From: Chlorokybus atmophyticus
Lineage: Eukaryota > Plantae > Mesostigma and Chlorokybus algae
Direction of reading: 5' to 3'
DNA length: 64,000 nucleotides
NCBI GenBank assembly: GCA_009103225.1
Contig: RHPI01000638.1
Coordinates: 903,012-967,011 of the forward strand
Positions 26,010-38,390 of the stretch are shown piece by piece. The position numbers and the translations under genes are program-made. Below the pieces are notes generated by a model, which searched no databases, had not been told where the DNA came from, and saw only the letters and a list, made by a program, of their open reading frames with translations. Within the stretch, counting starts at the first letter, position 1. Every line of letters starts with the position of its first letter.

Positions 26010-27560
26010 TCAAGTGCACGGCACTGTGGACACGCTCGCAGCGGCAGCCCTTGCACGCAGCCACGCAACAGCGGTGATAACGGCACCAAAGCCCGCCAGG
26101 ATCGCCGCCCAGCGCGTGGCTGGCAGCCTTCTCCTCTGTCTGTGTTGCAAGGCACCGTTGATATCACCCTTCTCTTCATGGTCTACATGACTATCTGGCT
26201 TCTTTTCAGGGGTCCCGGCCGGAGACGGCACCGATATCCCTTTGCCCTTAGATGTTGCCACCGCAACAGCGATATGTGGCCTTTTGACGACGGTAGGGTA
26301 TACCGCCTTCTTCTTTCTTCTTCGCACAGTGTGCATGACAAAGGGTCCTTTGAGGCTCTTGGCTGTGCTCACACTGCTGCTTTGATGACTCGATGAAGGC
26401 GATAAAAGCTGAGATTCACAGTCTGCACTGCTCAACACTTGGCTTGTGTTATCCGCTTCCTCCTGTGCATAACCAGAGCTTGCTGCTTGGTCCTCCTGAA
26501 CAGCATCGAGCACAACAGACCCTTTGGTGTCACTGCCTGGGTCGACAGGGATTGGTGAGGTGTCCACAGAAGACCTGAACACATGGTGTCATCGCTTTTT
26601 GGACACGCAACCACTTTTGTACACGTTCAGAATTGGTCTTGTGATTGCAAACCTGCTAGTGATTGCTGCTGTTTCTGCTTGTTGCTGCTGCTGTTGTTGT
26701 CGTTGTTGTTGTTGTTGTCGTTGGTATTGTTGCTGCTGTTGTGCTTCCTGCTGCTGCTGCTGCTGCTGCTGCTGTCGTTGTTGTTCCTCTACTTCATGTT
26801 GTTGTTGTTCCTCTGCTTCTTGGTGCTGTTGTTGCTGCTGTTGTTGCTGTGCTTCCTGCTGCTGCTGCTGCTGTCGTTGTTCCTCTGCTTCATGTCGTTG
26901 CTGTTCCTCTATTTCTTGTTGTTGTTCGTCTACTTCTTGTTGTTCTTCCTCTTCCTCTTCTTGTTGTTGTTGTTGCTCATCACCTTGTCGGTACCCTCCT
27001 CTCACAAGCTTCTCACTCAACTCTTCCACGTCCAACTCAGCGGCCACACGCTCATACGTATCCTCTGGAGTCTTGATATCCGCACCAGGGGGCGTGGCGG
27101 GCTCCAAGCTTCGTTTATCACCCGAAGTGACACACATATCCAACTCAACCTCAACCTCAACCTCAGGGCTGACGTTGGACTTGGACTTGAGCGATAACAC
27201 CGCATATTCGCTTTTATCCAACTCTTCTTTAGTTGCAACCCTTTCTTCAGTGTTCTCAAGGCTCGTATCGACTGCGTTGGTGCTGCTTGAAGTCAACAAC
27301 AAAGCTGCCTGCAGTGCCTCAACGATATCGACCGCAGGCTCCGATATCTCGCTGGGCGTAGCTTCTGCTGTTATTTGAGAGACGGTTTGCTTGTTGTTAT
27401 TGTTGTTGTTGGCGTGTTGGGCTGCAGCGGTCAATGGATGGGAAGTCTTGTTGTGTTTGTGTCGGGATGCGGCATTGCTTTGAGACTGGTGGAGGTGGCG
27501 GCTGTCGGCCTGTTGGTTTGCGAGGCGCAGGGAGTGGAGGAACTCCTCGTCCCAAAACAT
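26010..27560 (-). CDS. Hypothetical Gln/Glu-rich protein with a C-terminal transmembrane segment (tail-anchored-like)
   Basis: Long ORF from ATG 27560 (MFWDEEFLHSLRL), with a GT donor near 26655 and a second exon ending ..RWAAILAGFGAVITAVAWLRARAAAASVSTVPCT*. Upstream exons are possible. Confidence 0.65.
26680..26980 (-). repeat. Compound CAG/CAA/GAA repeat encoding polyQ with repeated QQQQ(H/R)EAEE units
   Basis: Visible trinucleotide array with higher-order units. Confidence 0.95.
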
Positions 27561-28715
27561 CCCTGCTGTTAAAGGACAAAGGCTTACAAAGAAGTTGATA
27601 CGAGCGTGTGCACGCGCGTGCACTTGTGAGAGGGCGCGCATACGTGCTTGTGTGCCTGTGAGCGTGCGTGTGGGGCATGTGAGCGTGTGGGCATATGTGC
27701 GCGTATGTGCGTGTGCGTGCCTACACGTGTGCGCCTGTGCGTCTGCGTGTTAGCACACGTTGGCGCGTACACACACGCGCACGCGCGCAAAACACGCAGA
27801 CGCGCATCTGTCTCACACGCGTGCTTGCGCCTGACACGCACAGACGCTTGTGTATTGGCCACACGCGCTGTGCGGACGTACTCAACACAACCTTATTTAA
27901 CATGTTCGTGCCACAGTGCGAGCAGGGAAACACATTGCAGTTGCAAACTAAGCTTGCACTGCGCGTTTAGCAGCAACAAACTATAATAGAAACCATTCAA
28001 GCTCCCCTCCAACCCAATATCCTCACGCCCCACCGTCACAAAGTTGTCTTGCTCTCAGCTAAGAGCAAGAAGTCTTCTCTCCTGTTTGCACAAAGTGAAC
28101 TCGCATGCTGATGCCATCAAAGTGAGATGCACGCTTGACCGAAACGCTGCTTTGTTTAGCTCAAAGGTGTTGCACGCTCTTAAAATGCAATGCTACTTCA
28201 CTAAACACTAATTAAAGCAGCGTCCTTTGCATCACCAGACAGTCCAAAACTGGGTGAGCATTACCTGAAGGTGAGCTACAACACAACCAGAGAGAGGACG
28301 CAGCCAACACAGCAGCCACCTCCAACCTGTCTCTCCTTATCTGCTTCCTGAACCACCTCAGCACCAGACTACCACGTGTCCCACCGCCGCCGCTCAGTGC
28401 CTGCACACAGCGCCAATGTGTGGGTCAATTGACACACACAACAATTGCTGACTAACCAACTCCAATTTAGACGGCGCCTTGACGCCGCCGGTCGTTTTTG
28501 GTGTATGATGCCCGCGTGGGCGGAAGGTGCCTGGAGTGCAGCGCGCGTCGCAATCTCTGACGGCAACAGTGAAACGCCTTGGCCGTTATCTGTGCTCAAA
28601 CTCCGGACCGCGTGTCAGGGGCGCGCAATCGTGACCGTCGATAGAAGACTGCACGCTGCGCAGCCATTAGATCTGAACCCCAGCGTACTAAGCAGAGGCC
28701 GCGACAAGAGCACGG

Positions 28716-28724
28716 GGTATAGAT
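28716..28724 (+). promoter_or_regulatory. TATA-like box about 31 nt upstream of U2 snRNA
   Basis: TATAGA at 28718-28723. The spacing matches the -30 TATA of plant snRNA promoters. Only a weak USE-like element is seen near 28676. Confidence 0.45.
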
Positions 28725-28748
28725 TGTGACATTTTGCTCAGCGCAGGT

Positions 28749-28947
28749 ATACCTTTCTCGGCCTTTTGGCTAAGATCAAGTGTAGTATCTGTTCTTATCA
28801 GCTTAATATCTGATACGTGGCCCATCGGGTCACAATGATATTAAACTAATTTGTTTGGGTGGGGGTCTCGTATGGGTGGGCTTGCTCACCCGAGGCTCCC
28901 GGCGTCGCCTCAGCATTGCACTGAAGCAGAGGAGGGCGCAGCCCACC
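28749..28947 (+). ncRNA. U2: U2 spliceosomal snRNA
   Basis: Begins ATACCTTTCTCGGCCTTTTGGCTAAGATCAAGTGTAGTATCTGTTCTTATCAG, the plant U2 5' end, with branch-point recognition GTAGTA at 28782-28787, an Sm-like AATTTGTTTGG and the stem-loop IV loop ATTGCACT. The 3' end is approximate. Confidence 0.97.
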
Positions 28948-30064
28948 CCTTCCCAGGGGACCACCATTTCACACACACACCACCACCGACACTAACACCC
29001 AGCACACCATGCCATACACACAACCACCACCGTCGTCATTATACCAGACCCACACCACTACCATGCACACAGTCAAACACCGAAGTCACCTTACCACCAC
29101 CGTCACCATACCCATCACATTAGTACACGGCATACCACATCACAGCAAGGAGACCATGTCCACCACAGTCACCCATTGTGGCAACACCAATTGTCACTGT
29201 AATAACCAACTTACAATACTCAACGACATGATGTCAGCCTACTACTTACGCGTAACGGCAGCAATATTCACAACGCCCAACTCTCAACCCCTCGCGCAAG
29301 CATTAACGCACTTACGTATACTCTCTCGACAAGTCACTTCAAGCCACATCACTTCGCATACCAATACTCACATAATATCTGATTTACCTTACCATTCGCC
29401 TTTTGAGCGTGCAACAATCACTTCTGCAACGTCCCAATGACTTGTTCACATTCTTGTAATCGCATGTTGCATTACACTAATCTGGTGGACAGGCGTTGGT
29501 TACGTCTAGCTACAAAGAATTGGAAAAATAAAACATGAGAGCAAGTGAGGACACACCATGCGAAGCACTGCCAGTGTAATCATATTGCGCCTGCGGACAT
29601 ATGGTGCTGCTGTCGCGTCAGCAGGTGGCCACTGATGCATGCACGCTCTGCGTGGTACACTGTCTTGCTGAAGGCCGTGCTTGCTATCACATCTGTGCTG
29701 AAGATTGTCGTGCTCACACCTTACATGCAGTAGCTTCAGCGGCGGACGGCCGCATCGTGCAGGGATTGCATGCAAGCAAGCACACATGATGAGCAGCAAC
29801 TGCTACGGCTGATTGCCGCGCATGCAGTCCAAGAAGGCACAAAGTCTATAGCACAACCAATAGAAAGTGGTCGCGATGTACCTTGTACTCATCCTATACA
29901 TATTGCCTTGACACCAAGCATGATACCTTGACAGTGTAATGCGGGTGTGTGTTGGTTGTGTCCGGTTGGGCATGGTGGCAGTTAGGTATAATGGTAGCAC
30001 TGACATCGAACGCTTGTATGTCCACGGTAATAGAGGAGGAATGCAGCCCCATACCAACCGGCTA

Positions 30065-32458
30065 CTACTGACGTTTGCTCTTTAACAGTCCAGAAAGCAA
30101 GCCTGAGTAGAGGTTGCTGCTGCCGCTCTTGTACTTGCCAACTCGCATCGGACCAATCTGGGCACACACAACCAACACCACCAAAGCAGCTTGAGCACAC
30201 GTGTCCCACCCACCTGTGTCATAGGTTGTCTAACTCAACCAGCCAACACCCACACTACTACTCACCTTGCGCATGAGGGCGAAGCCCGCAGCGGGAAGGT
30301 ACTGGAACGCGTACATGAACAGCAGCACCGGCTGTCGAAACAAACACACAGACACACATGAGAACGCCGACCCAACCATGGCTGTGATGATTGATACATA
30401 CATGGGTATCATCACACACACCTGTTTGGCGATCCATGCCTCGGGCACTTTGTGCGCTGCGGCCGCGAGCATGAGGTCGGCGCAGCGGTCGAGGCTCATG
30501 TGGCTAGAGCTCGCAGCAGGCGGACGCGCTCCAGGCATCTAAGCAGACAATCCTTAAGCTCCTTAAGTATACCACACAGCTTGATGCAATAGTTCATACA
30601 CGCTGCTAACAATAGTACTTCACCGCAACAGACCCGCTGTGGTGAATGTTATCTTGCCGTGCATCAACGCTTCGTACAAGTATGCTCAACATAAGCACAT
30701 CATTGTTAAAGTGTACAGTGTGCCGCTGCCATATAACACGACATTGTATGTATATGACTGATTGCCATGCACTGCTTTGTTGACTTGCATGTATACTGGT
30801 TACATGTACAGTGTACAGTGCCCTTGCATCATGTTGCACAAAGTGAATTATACCTCGAACAGCCGTCGTGGTTTGCCATCGAGTCCCGTGCTGACCGGCC
30901 CCGGGCATATGAGCGTCACGCCCACGCCTCGATCAGCCACCTGTCACGCCAGCCACACACACACGCATAACAGCTTCCTTCCCCATCCCCTCAACCACAC
31001 AAGAGGTTTTTGTCAAATTGTGTTATGCTATGTTGTGTCGTCTCTCTCACACTCACCTCTGCTGCGAGCGTGTTGAAGAAGCCGTGCAGCGCGTGTTTCG
31101 TCGCCGCGTACGTGCCCTGCACGGGCGCAGGCACCTTGCCGGAAGCGCTACTCACCTGTGATTGTTGTTGTGTTCCGATTGCAAAGCTGCAGGGCCAGCT
31201 ATTCCAGCCAATGCGTGGAATGTCACAAGCAGCAAAGAGTGGCGCATGTTGTGTTGTGGGGTGGGGTGCTGTGCTGTGCTGTGCTGTGTTGTGTTGTGTT
31301 GTTGCTGCTCACCACCACAAAGTGGCCTTTCTGGCGTTCAAGCATGCTCGGCAGGACTGCCAGCGTCAAGTCCATGGGGCCGATGGTGTTGAGACTGAAC
31401 ATATCCTGTTTGTTGTTTACAGAGTAAGTAAGCAAAACATACTCATGTAAGCAACAACAACAACAACGAATACCTTACCCGCACCACTTGCGGATTGGTC
31501 TCCTCCACCAGCATACGCTGCGGTGTTGAATAGTCAATAGTGTGTGCTATGACTTGCATTCACGAGTAGTAGTATAGTTGTATGCGTGATGTCCTAACCT
31601 GGCTTGCGCCAGCGTTGTGGAAGAGGTAGTCGATGCCGGCGCCTTGCGTGCTTTCCAGCGCAGCCTTTGCCGCCGCAGCCATCGCATCACCGCCTACCAG
31701 GTTGGTGTGTTGACTTGACTTGACAGGCATATACGCGCACACGCACGCACGCACGCACGCACGCACGAACGCACGAACGCACACACACACCTGTGCACAC
31801 AGTGCTGTGAGCTCATGCGCACAGTGCTGTGAACACACACACACGCACACACACGCACGCACATGCGCGTGCGCGCCATTGATACTCCAGAATGGCCTGG
31901 TATGCATGTACAGCTTCATGCACATATCACACTTTCAGCCACACTCCAAACAACCACAATCCACCGCTCTCTCTCACCCGCGCACAAGTCGAGCGGCAGC
32001 ACAACCACCCCCTCCGGCGCATACTTCCCTGCACACACAACACTGTCACGCAACAACAAGAACAAAAGCACCACCACTCCCAACCACCACCACCAACAAC
32101 ATTAACATCAACAACAGTCTCCCCCCATGCCTTTGCATCTTGTCTTCACTGCCTCCAAAGCCTCTCTGCTGCGCGAAGACAGTATCAACCTTGCCCCAGC
32201 CGAGGCAAGTCTGAGTGAAAGCAGCTCGCCCAAACCCTGACTCGCGCCAGTGATCCAAACAACCTGGACAATGACAACAAGAATGAGGATGTTGTGGTGG
32301 TGGTGGTGGGTGTTGTTGTGGTGGTGGTGGTGGGTGGTGGTGGTGTACCTTGTCTGTGAAGGCGTTGGGGGGGGCTTTGCCCAGCAGGAGCAGAGGGAGG
32401 TCGGCTGCAATGTGCAAGAAGGGTGGTTAAAGTAGAGAGTGAGTGAGAGCTTGCACCC

Positions 32459-32493
<35 letters not shown>

Positions 32494-32714
32494 ATGGATG
32501 AGTAAGTGAGTGGGTGAGTGAAGGAATGCAGACTGCTCATGCATGCCGCATGTGCACAGCGTAAGCGTGGCATGCAGTTGATCCGGCAAGGATGACTAGT
32601 ATGTTGCCAGTGATGGCATTGTTGATTGGTTGTACCGTCTGCTTTGAGCAGCCACAGAGCAAGCAGCGCCGCTGGCAGCAAAACCAGCAACGCCACCAGC
32701 AGCCACCCAGGCAT
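30065..32714 (-). CDS. Short-chain dehydrogenase/reductase, DHRS7-like, with an N-terminal membrane anchor
   Basis: MPGWLLVALLVLLPAALLALWLLKADG, VVWITGASQGLG (TGxxxGxG), YLFHNAG, VVVSS, YAATK (YxxxK), final exon IGPMRVGKYKSG...SKRQ*. Confidence 0.92.
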
Positions 32715-33087
32715 ACTTCCTCCTTTCCCTCTTCCTCGTCTTCCTCCTGGTACTCCTTGTCTTTCTGATCCTCTACCTCCGCCTCCGCCTGCCCCTCCTA
32801 CTCCTCCTCCTCCTCCGCCTGCGCCTCCCACTCCTACCACAACTCGGGCATGGTTATGTTGTGGAGGTCAGCGGCGTGTGCGGCGGCTGCGGCGGAGGAG
32901 AAGGAGGACGGCGGCAAGGCGGAGGAAGTTGAAGGACGTTGAGGAGAAGGAGCAGGATAAGGAGGAGAAAAGGTAGAGTCAGGAGGCGAGAGCAGCATAG
33001 ACGGTCACTAGCAGGGGAGGGAGGAGGAGGTGGTGGTTGGCGAGTTTGCATACGCAGTAGGACGGAAGGGGAGGCACAGAGGGGCGC

Positions 33088-34476
33088 ATGCACAAGCGGC
33101 GCAAAGTGGAGCACGAGAAGGAAGAGGAGGAGGACGAGGAGATACGGGAGGACATCAACGAGGAGCAGCAGCAGCAGCAGCAGCAGCAGGAGGAGGAGGA
33201 GGAGGGCAGCTTGGCAGGAGCACAGGCACAAGCACACGCAGGTAAGGCAATCTCCGCTTCATCGTGTGCCCATAAGTCGTATCTGTGTGATCGCTTGTTG
33301 GATTGACAACCTGTCCTTATTGAGATGTTTGTTTGTTTGTTTGTTTTTCTGTTTGTGGGTTTTTTCGTTCTTGCTTCTGTGTTGGGTGATCACAATCAAC
33401 AGTACCGCAAGCAACACAGCCTCGACAGAAGGCTCTACTAGTTATATGTGGTGTCTGTGGTCTGCGATGTGATGCGGACGATCAACAAGTAAACCAAAAC
33501 ACTTTGAACAACCAAGTGAGCTTTGACACGATCAATTTAGGAAATTTGTCCCCCGTTCTACGAACAACAGAGTTGCTGTAAACACACCTCCACGAATCTG
33601 ATGTACACATGCAGAAGCATCCTCATACAACAAGACATGCTGCAGTCCATGCCACGTTGTGCATGGCTTGAGGGCTGTGTGCTTGATGTATTGCGTCACG
33701 ATGACCTTGCAAGGCATGATGTTGTGTGCGATGCCATGCAGCAATGCCACGTGAAGATGCCGAGATGGCGGAAGCCAGAGAGGGGTTGGGTCACAGCCAT
33801 GAGACCAACGGCGCGCGTGGGCACGGGGAGGTCGATAGCGACGCGGTGGAGCTGCTGGAGGGGGAGAAACGCCGACTGGAGAACGCGCTCAGACACCTAC
33901 ATGTGCGTGACTGAGGGCACGGAAGCATGTACCTGTGTTGCGTGTGCGCGTGGGCGTATGTGGACAAGCCAGGCTTGTGGCTATGCGCGCATGTGCGCAC
34001 AGCCACCATGCGCGAATGTATGCGGGCGAATGCGCGCTCTTGTGCGCACGCCTGCGTGTCAAGCAGCTCTGGGTGAAGCATTTACTTTTTTGTTTTCTTC
34101 AACTATGCAGAGAAGCAACGACGAGCTGCAAGAGGCTTTGTCCGCAGGACCAGGTACACTTACAGCGGCGTCTCAGCGTCTCTCTTGATGCCTTGACTAT
34201 CACTCCAACAGCATCACGCAGTCCCGCAATCCTTCACCAACCACACCGCGTGTGTTATACTCAACGCGTCACCTTTCGTTGCATGTGTGGATGTGTGACA
34301 CTGCTATGCTGCTCGACACAGACGAGGACTTCGAGCAGGCGATACGTGAGAACAAGGACGTGATGGTCCGCATGAACAAGGAGCTGGAGCAGCTCGAAAA
34401 GGACATTGCGGCCGCGCGGGCGTTTACACATTATCAGCAGGTGCCGCAAACAGGAGCGGACCAGGGCTGGTTGTGA
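33088..34476 (+). CDS. Small acidic coiled-coil protein, Tma17/Adc17-like, 4 exons
   Basis: Exons 33088-33241, 33742-33902, 34111-34153 and 34322-34476 splice in frame with GT-AG borders. The core EKRRLENALRHLHRSNDELQEAL...DFEQAIRENKDVMVRMNKELEQLEKDI..GWL* resembles yeast Tma17/Adc17 as I recall it. Confidence 0.7.
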
Positions 34477-34857
34477 GTCAAATGAACTACAGAGTGTGGA
34501 CCTGATGGGAGTTTAATGGTGTCTGTGGGGCGTGTCGGTAATGGCGGATACGGCCTGAATGTGACTTGCGCTACATGATTTGCAGCACCCGTGCATGCAT
34601 TGTGACATGTTGCAGATTGGCACCCAAATATAAACGAGCGCGCATGTAGTATAGAAGCAGTCATCAGATGCATGAGTGGTATTCACAACCTCTTCCTTGC
34701 AACCTTGCAGCACCTTGACAATCAGCACGACCAATGTTAGATAACCTGACCTAATACTAGCTTAGCAAACCTGGACGCCTAATGAGTCTTGAACCAACAA
34801 TTACTTCGCTCCAAGCTATCAACCAAGAGCTAAAGTCTACCAACGTCATCGTCTTCA

Positions 34858-37800
34858 TCACTCCTCGCCGTTGGAGACGGCGCTGTCGTTGAGTGCGCAG
34901 CAGACGCACGCCTTGTGGTGGCCCGAGTACACGCGTATGGCCTCGCCCGTCGTCACGTCCCACAGACGCGCCGTACCATCCGAGGAAGCTGCAGCAAGCA
35001 TGATAGCATCAGATACCACCATCACTCATTCTACGACTCGTATCAGTACCCCTGCAGACACTGCACTTTCATGCATTCCCCAGTGTCAACATTCACATTG
35101 CTAGCTTTGTCACTGCGGTATGCTGATTAATGTTGGAATGATGCGTCCCGGCTCGACCGTGACGCAGATGCTATTTTCATGCTTGGTTGTGGTCAGAGAT
35201 TGATGTTCGTCCGCAGCCATAAGTTGAGATGAGTTGCATCTCTTCATCGCATACCTGTGACCAGGTAGACGGAGTCTACGGAGAAGACGGCATCCCAGAC
35301 CCATCTCTGGTGGCCTGCCAACATGCAATTATCGGTCAAACGGTCAGATCTCAGTTTTAACCCAACTCACTGTGAAGCAAACATGTTGTTGTGCTCCTTG
35401 CCTTCAAGCGTGCGCTCAAGCGCGAACCCGTCCAAACTCCACAGCTTGACTTTGTGATCCGAGGAAGTGGTGGCCAGGTACCTGGCCCAAAACAGGGGGA
35501 ACACATATTTGTCTCAAAGCTTGCAATGCCCCAAGCTGCCTTTTGTTTGCACGCATACTAGTGCACGTGGGGTTCTCTTATACAACAAGCCGCAAACAAC
35601 TTGCTTAGTGGCTGCCTTTGACAATAGCACTTTGATTGAGCAGCAGTCTTCTTCTCAAGTGCAGGCAGCTTGCCAAGATGCACACAAGGCAACGATGAGC
35701 CAACAGATGCGTGTTACAACAGTACCGACTCGACGCCACATGCAACACAGTGTATGAAGGTGAATGGCACCAGAACAGCAGCTCACACCTGCAGTCGGGG
35801 CTGATGAGGCACTTGAGGATGTACGCGTTGTGCGCCTGCAGCTTGTGCAATGGCTCGAAATGGGTGGTAGTCTGTAATTAGCGGCGTGCACCACAGCACG
35901 AAACTTGCATCAGTACAAACAACCTAACAACAGTTCATTATGTGTAGAAGGTGCCTATATGATGACCTCGCAGTATGACCACGTCAAGCATTAACCTTTA
36001 GAACCCACCTGGTTGCCCTGAGAAAGGCGCCACACGTAGCACGTCCCGTTATTGTTGGCGGCCACCACCATGCTGCCATCTGATGCCACTGTGAGCGACC
36101 GCACCGCCGTGTCCACCTCCGGCACCTGCACGTGCCGAGCACACAGGCATGGTGATGAGCTACGCTACCGACACATGTTGATGCGCCACACAGTGCCGTC
36201 ATAAACAAATGATGTTGATACAAACCTTGCGCGGTACTCGTGTTTTGAAAGTATAAGCATCACCTCCAGTGCCAGTAAACATGGCAAGCAACAAGCAGAT
36301 CTCTACACCAGCATGGTGCCAGTGCTAACCACCAGCGCCACGCCGGGCATACAAATACACGCAAATGCTGTCTGCATTGGTTGCTGGCATTGGAGGGGAT
36401 GCACTTCCACAATCACGAGTACCATGCAATGTTTTCAACTTGCTTTGTTAATCAGTCACACCAACAAATTGTTGACAAACAGTTGTGTTTGTGTGACTGA
36501 TCACACCCGGGTGTCCACGCACCAATTCGCAGCTGCATGCGTTGGCGGTCAAGTCCCACACGCGTATGTTGCCGTTCTGGTCCCCAGATATGAGCTCACC
36601 CTGCAGGGAAGCAATGCTATCGTACATAGTAAACACGTTATTGTTGTACACATATTGCATAAAAGGGCCCTGCGCTGCTTGCTACATGAAGGTTGACCCT
36701 CGGTTGCACATTCATGAAGGGAAGATACACCCACCTGGTTTGGATGAAGTACGACGGTGTTAACGGCCGCCCTGCTCTCAAACTCGCGCTGGCAGCTGTG
36801 GCTTGGAGAACATCTATCACACAAACGATACAACATGAAGGTGATATCGTGTCCTGCCACTAGTGAGGTGCGGTGCAAATCAAATCACACAACAATTGTA
36901 GTGGCGTAGCACACAGACCTGCATGCACCCCAGCGGTAACAATAAAGTTGCCAAGTTCTTATGTTGTGTGAGGCCAGACATTGCTATCTGAAATGCAACA
37001 ACGCAGAAGCGTGCGAGCGTGCATGTATGATAGCATAGCAGCGCGCGCACACACACATGCTTGGATGCGCGTGCGAGCGAGCGTGTGTGTCACTGCACGC
37101 AATCGTGGATGCGTGCTCGCACTTTTGCATGCTACATGCGTGTCGAAGGCACATGCGCGTGCGAACAAACACGCGCATGTGTATACACATGCACCAGTGC
37201 ACTTGCAATTGTGCGTGTGCGCGTGGCATGCGCATGCACACACTAACAAACACGCATGCGCGCACCTCAGGTCCCAGATCTTGACGGTGCCATCCTCTGA
37301 CCCCGAGTACATCCAGTTGCCATCGCTGTGGAACCCGATGGCCGTCACGTTGCTGGTGTGGCCCTCGAAGCTCAGAACCTGCATTGTGTTGCGTGTCACC
37401 AAACTAATTGCATTTGCATTGTCACAAATACTATACCGGCTGAGGATTGTTTGAGTTGACTTCAAAGAGCCGTATGTGTGGGTTGCCTGCTGCTGCCAGG
37501 AAGTGCTTATCTGGGCTGATCTCCAACTTGTTCACTTGCTGCAGCAAGCACGCAGAGAGTGTCATGCGCAGCGTGGAGAATACTGTTGCACGCACGCGCG
37601 TGTAAGCCTCGCATGCAAGGTTCTTATGACGTATTGCATAATGCGCCAGTGCAGCAGCACAAGAAGCTCCGTTTCTTGATGATATTTTTGGCCATGATAG
37701 GCATCCATGTGTTGAGACTTCTTTTTTTGAGAGACCATGTGGTGCATGCACATGCTGAGCACAGCGTCAAGTGCATGCAAACAACAACGCAAGGCTCCGA

Positions 37801-38049
37801 GAACTATTGATTGCCGCATGCATGCTTGAAAGCATGACTTGAGGAAGACTGAACTCATCAAGCACGCAACCAGTAAAGCAAGCAAGCAGGCAACCAGTGC
37901 TGTTGAACACTTAATTGATTGTCTGAGTTTGAGCGTACAGAGTCGGAGTACTGTAGGGTTCTGTAGCAGATGCCGCTGGTGGCCTCCCAGAAGCGGATGG
38001 TGTGGTCGTAGCTCGCCGTCGCCAGCACCACCGACGGCGAAGACGGCAT
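34858..38049 (-). CDS. LST8: TOR complex subunit LST8 (WD40)
   Basis: [31 protein letters not shown]|[77 protein letters not shown]. Confidence 0.97.
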
Positions 38050-38390
38050 CGCGACCACCCGCCTCCTCCACAACCACAACAGCCTACGTCACAGAACCCA
38101 ACGACAACGCCCCAGCCATCACCGCCGCCCACCAACCATAGCTAGAAGGTAAGGCCACGCTAGCTTGCTAGCTAGCTGCCCTGCAAGCAAGCAAGCTGCC
38201 TAGCTAGCAAGCAACCGTTCAAGCAGTGCGTGCGAATGTGTGTCAATCAAGCATATAAGCAACTTCCCCTCCACAATGCCTTTGCTGAGCATAACCACAA
38301 CTACACCGCTGCCGCCGCCACCGTCGCCTGCGTCAATGCCATGCAAACACGCAGGCGGCGTCAGCGGCGTTATTGTTGTTGTTGTTGTCA

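Noticed and set aside
26524-27378. 284-aa poly-Cys ORF and 204-aa poly-Leu ORF on the plus strand
   Set aside because: They are antisense shadows of the CAG/CAA polyQ repeat in the minus-strand gene, not a metallothionein or membrane protein.
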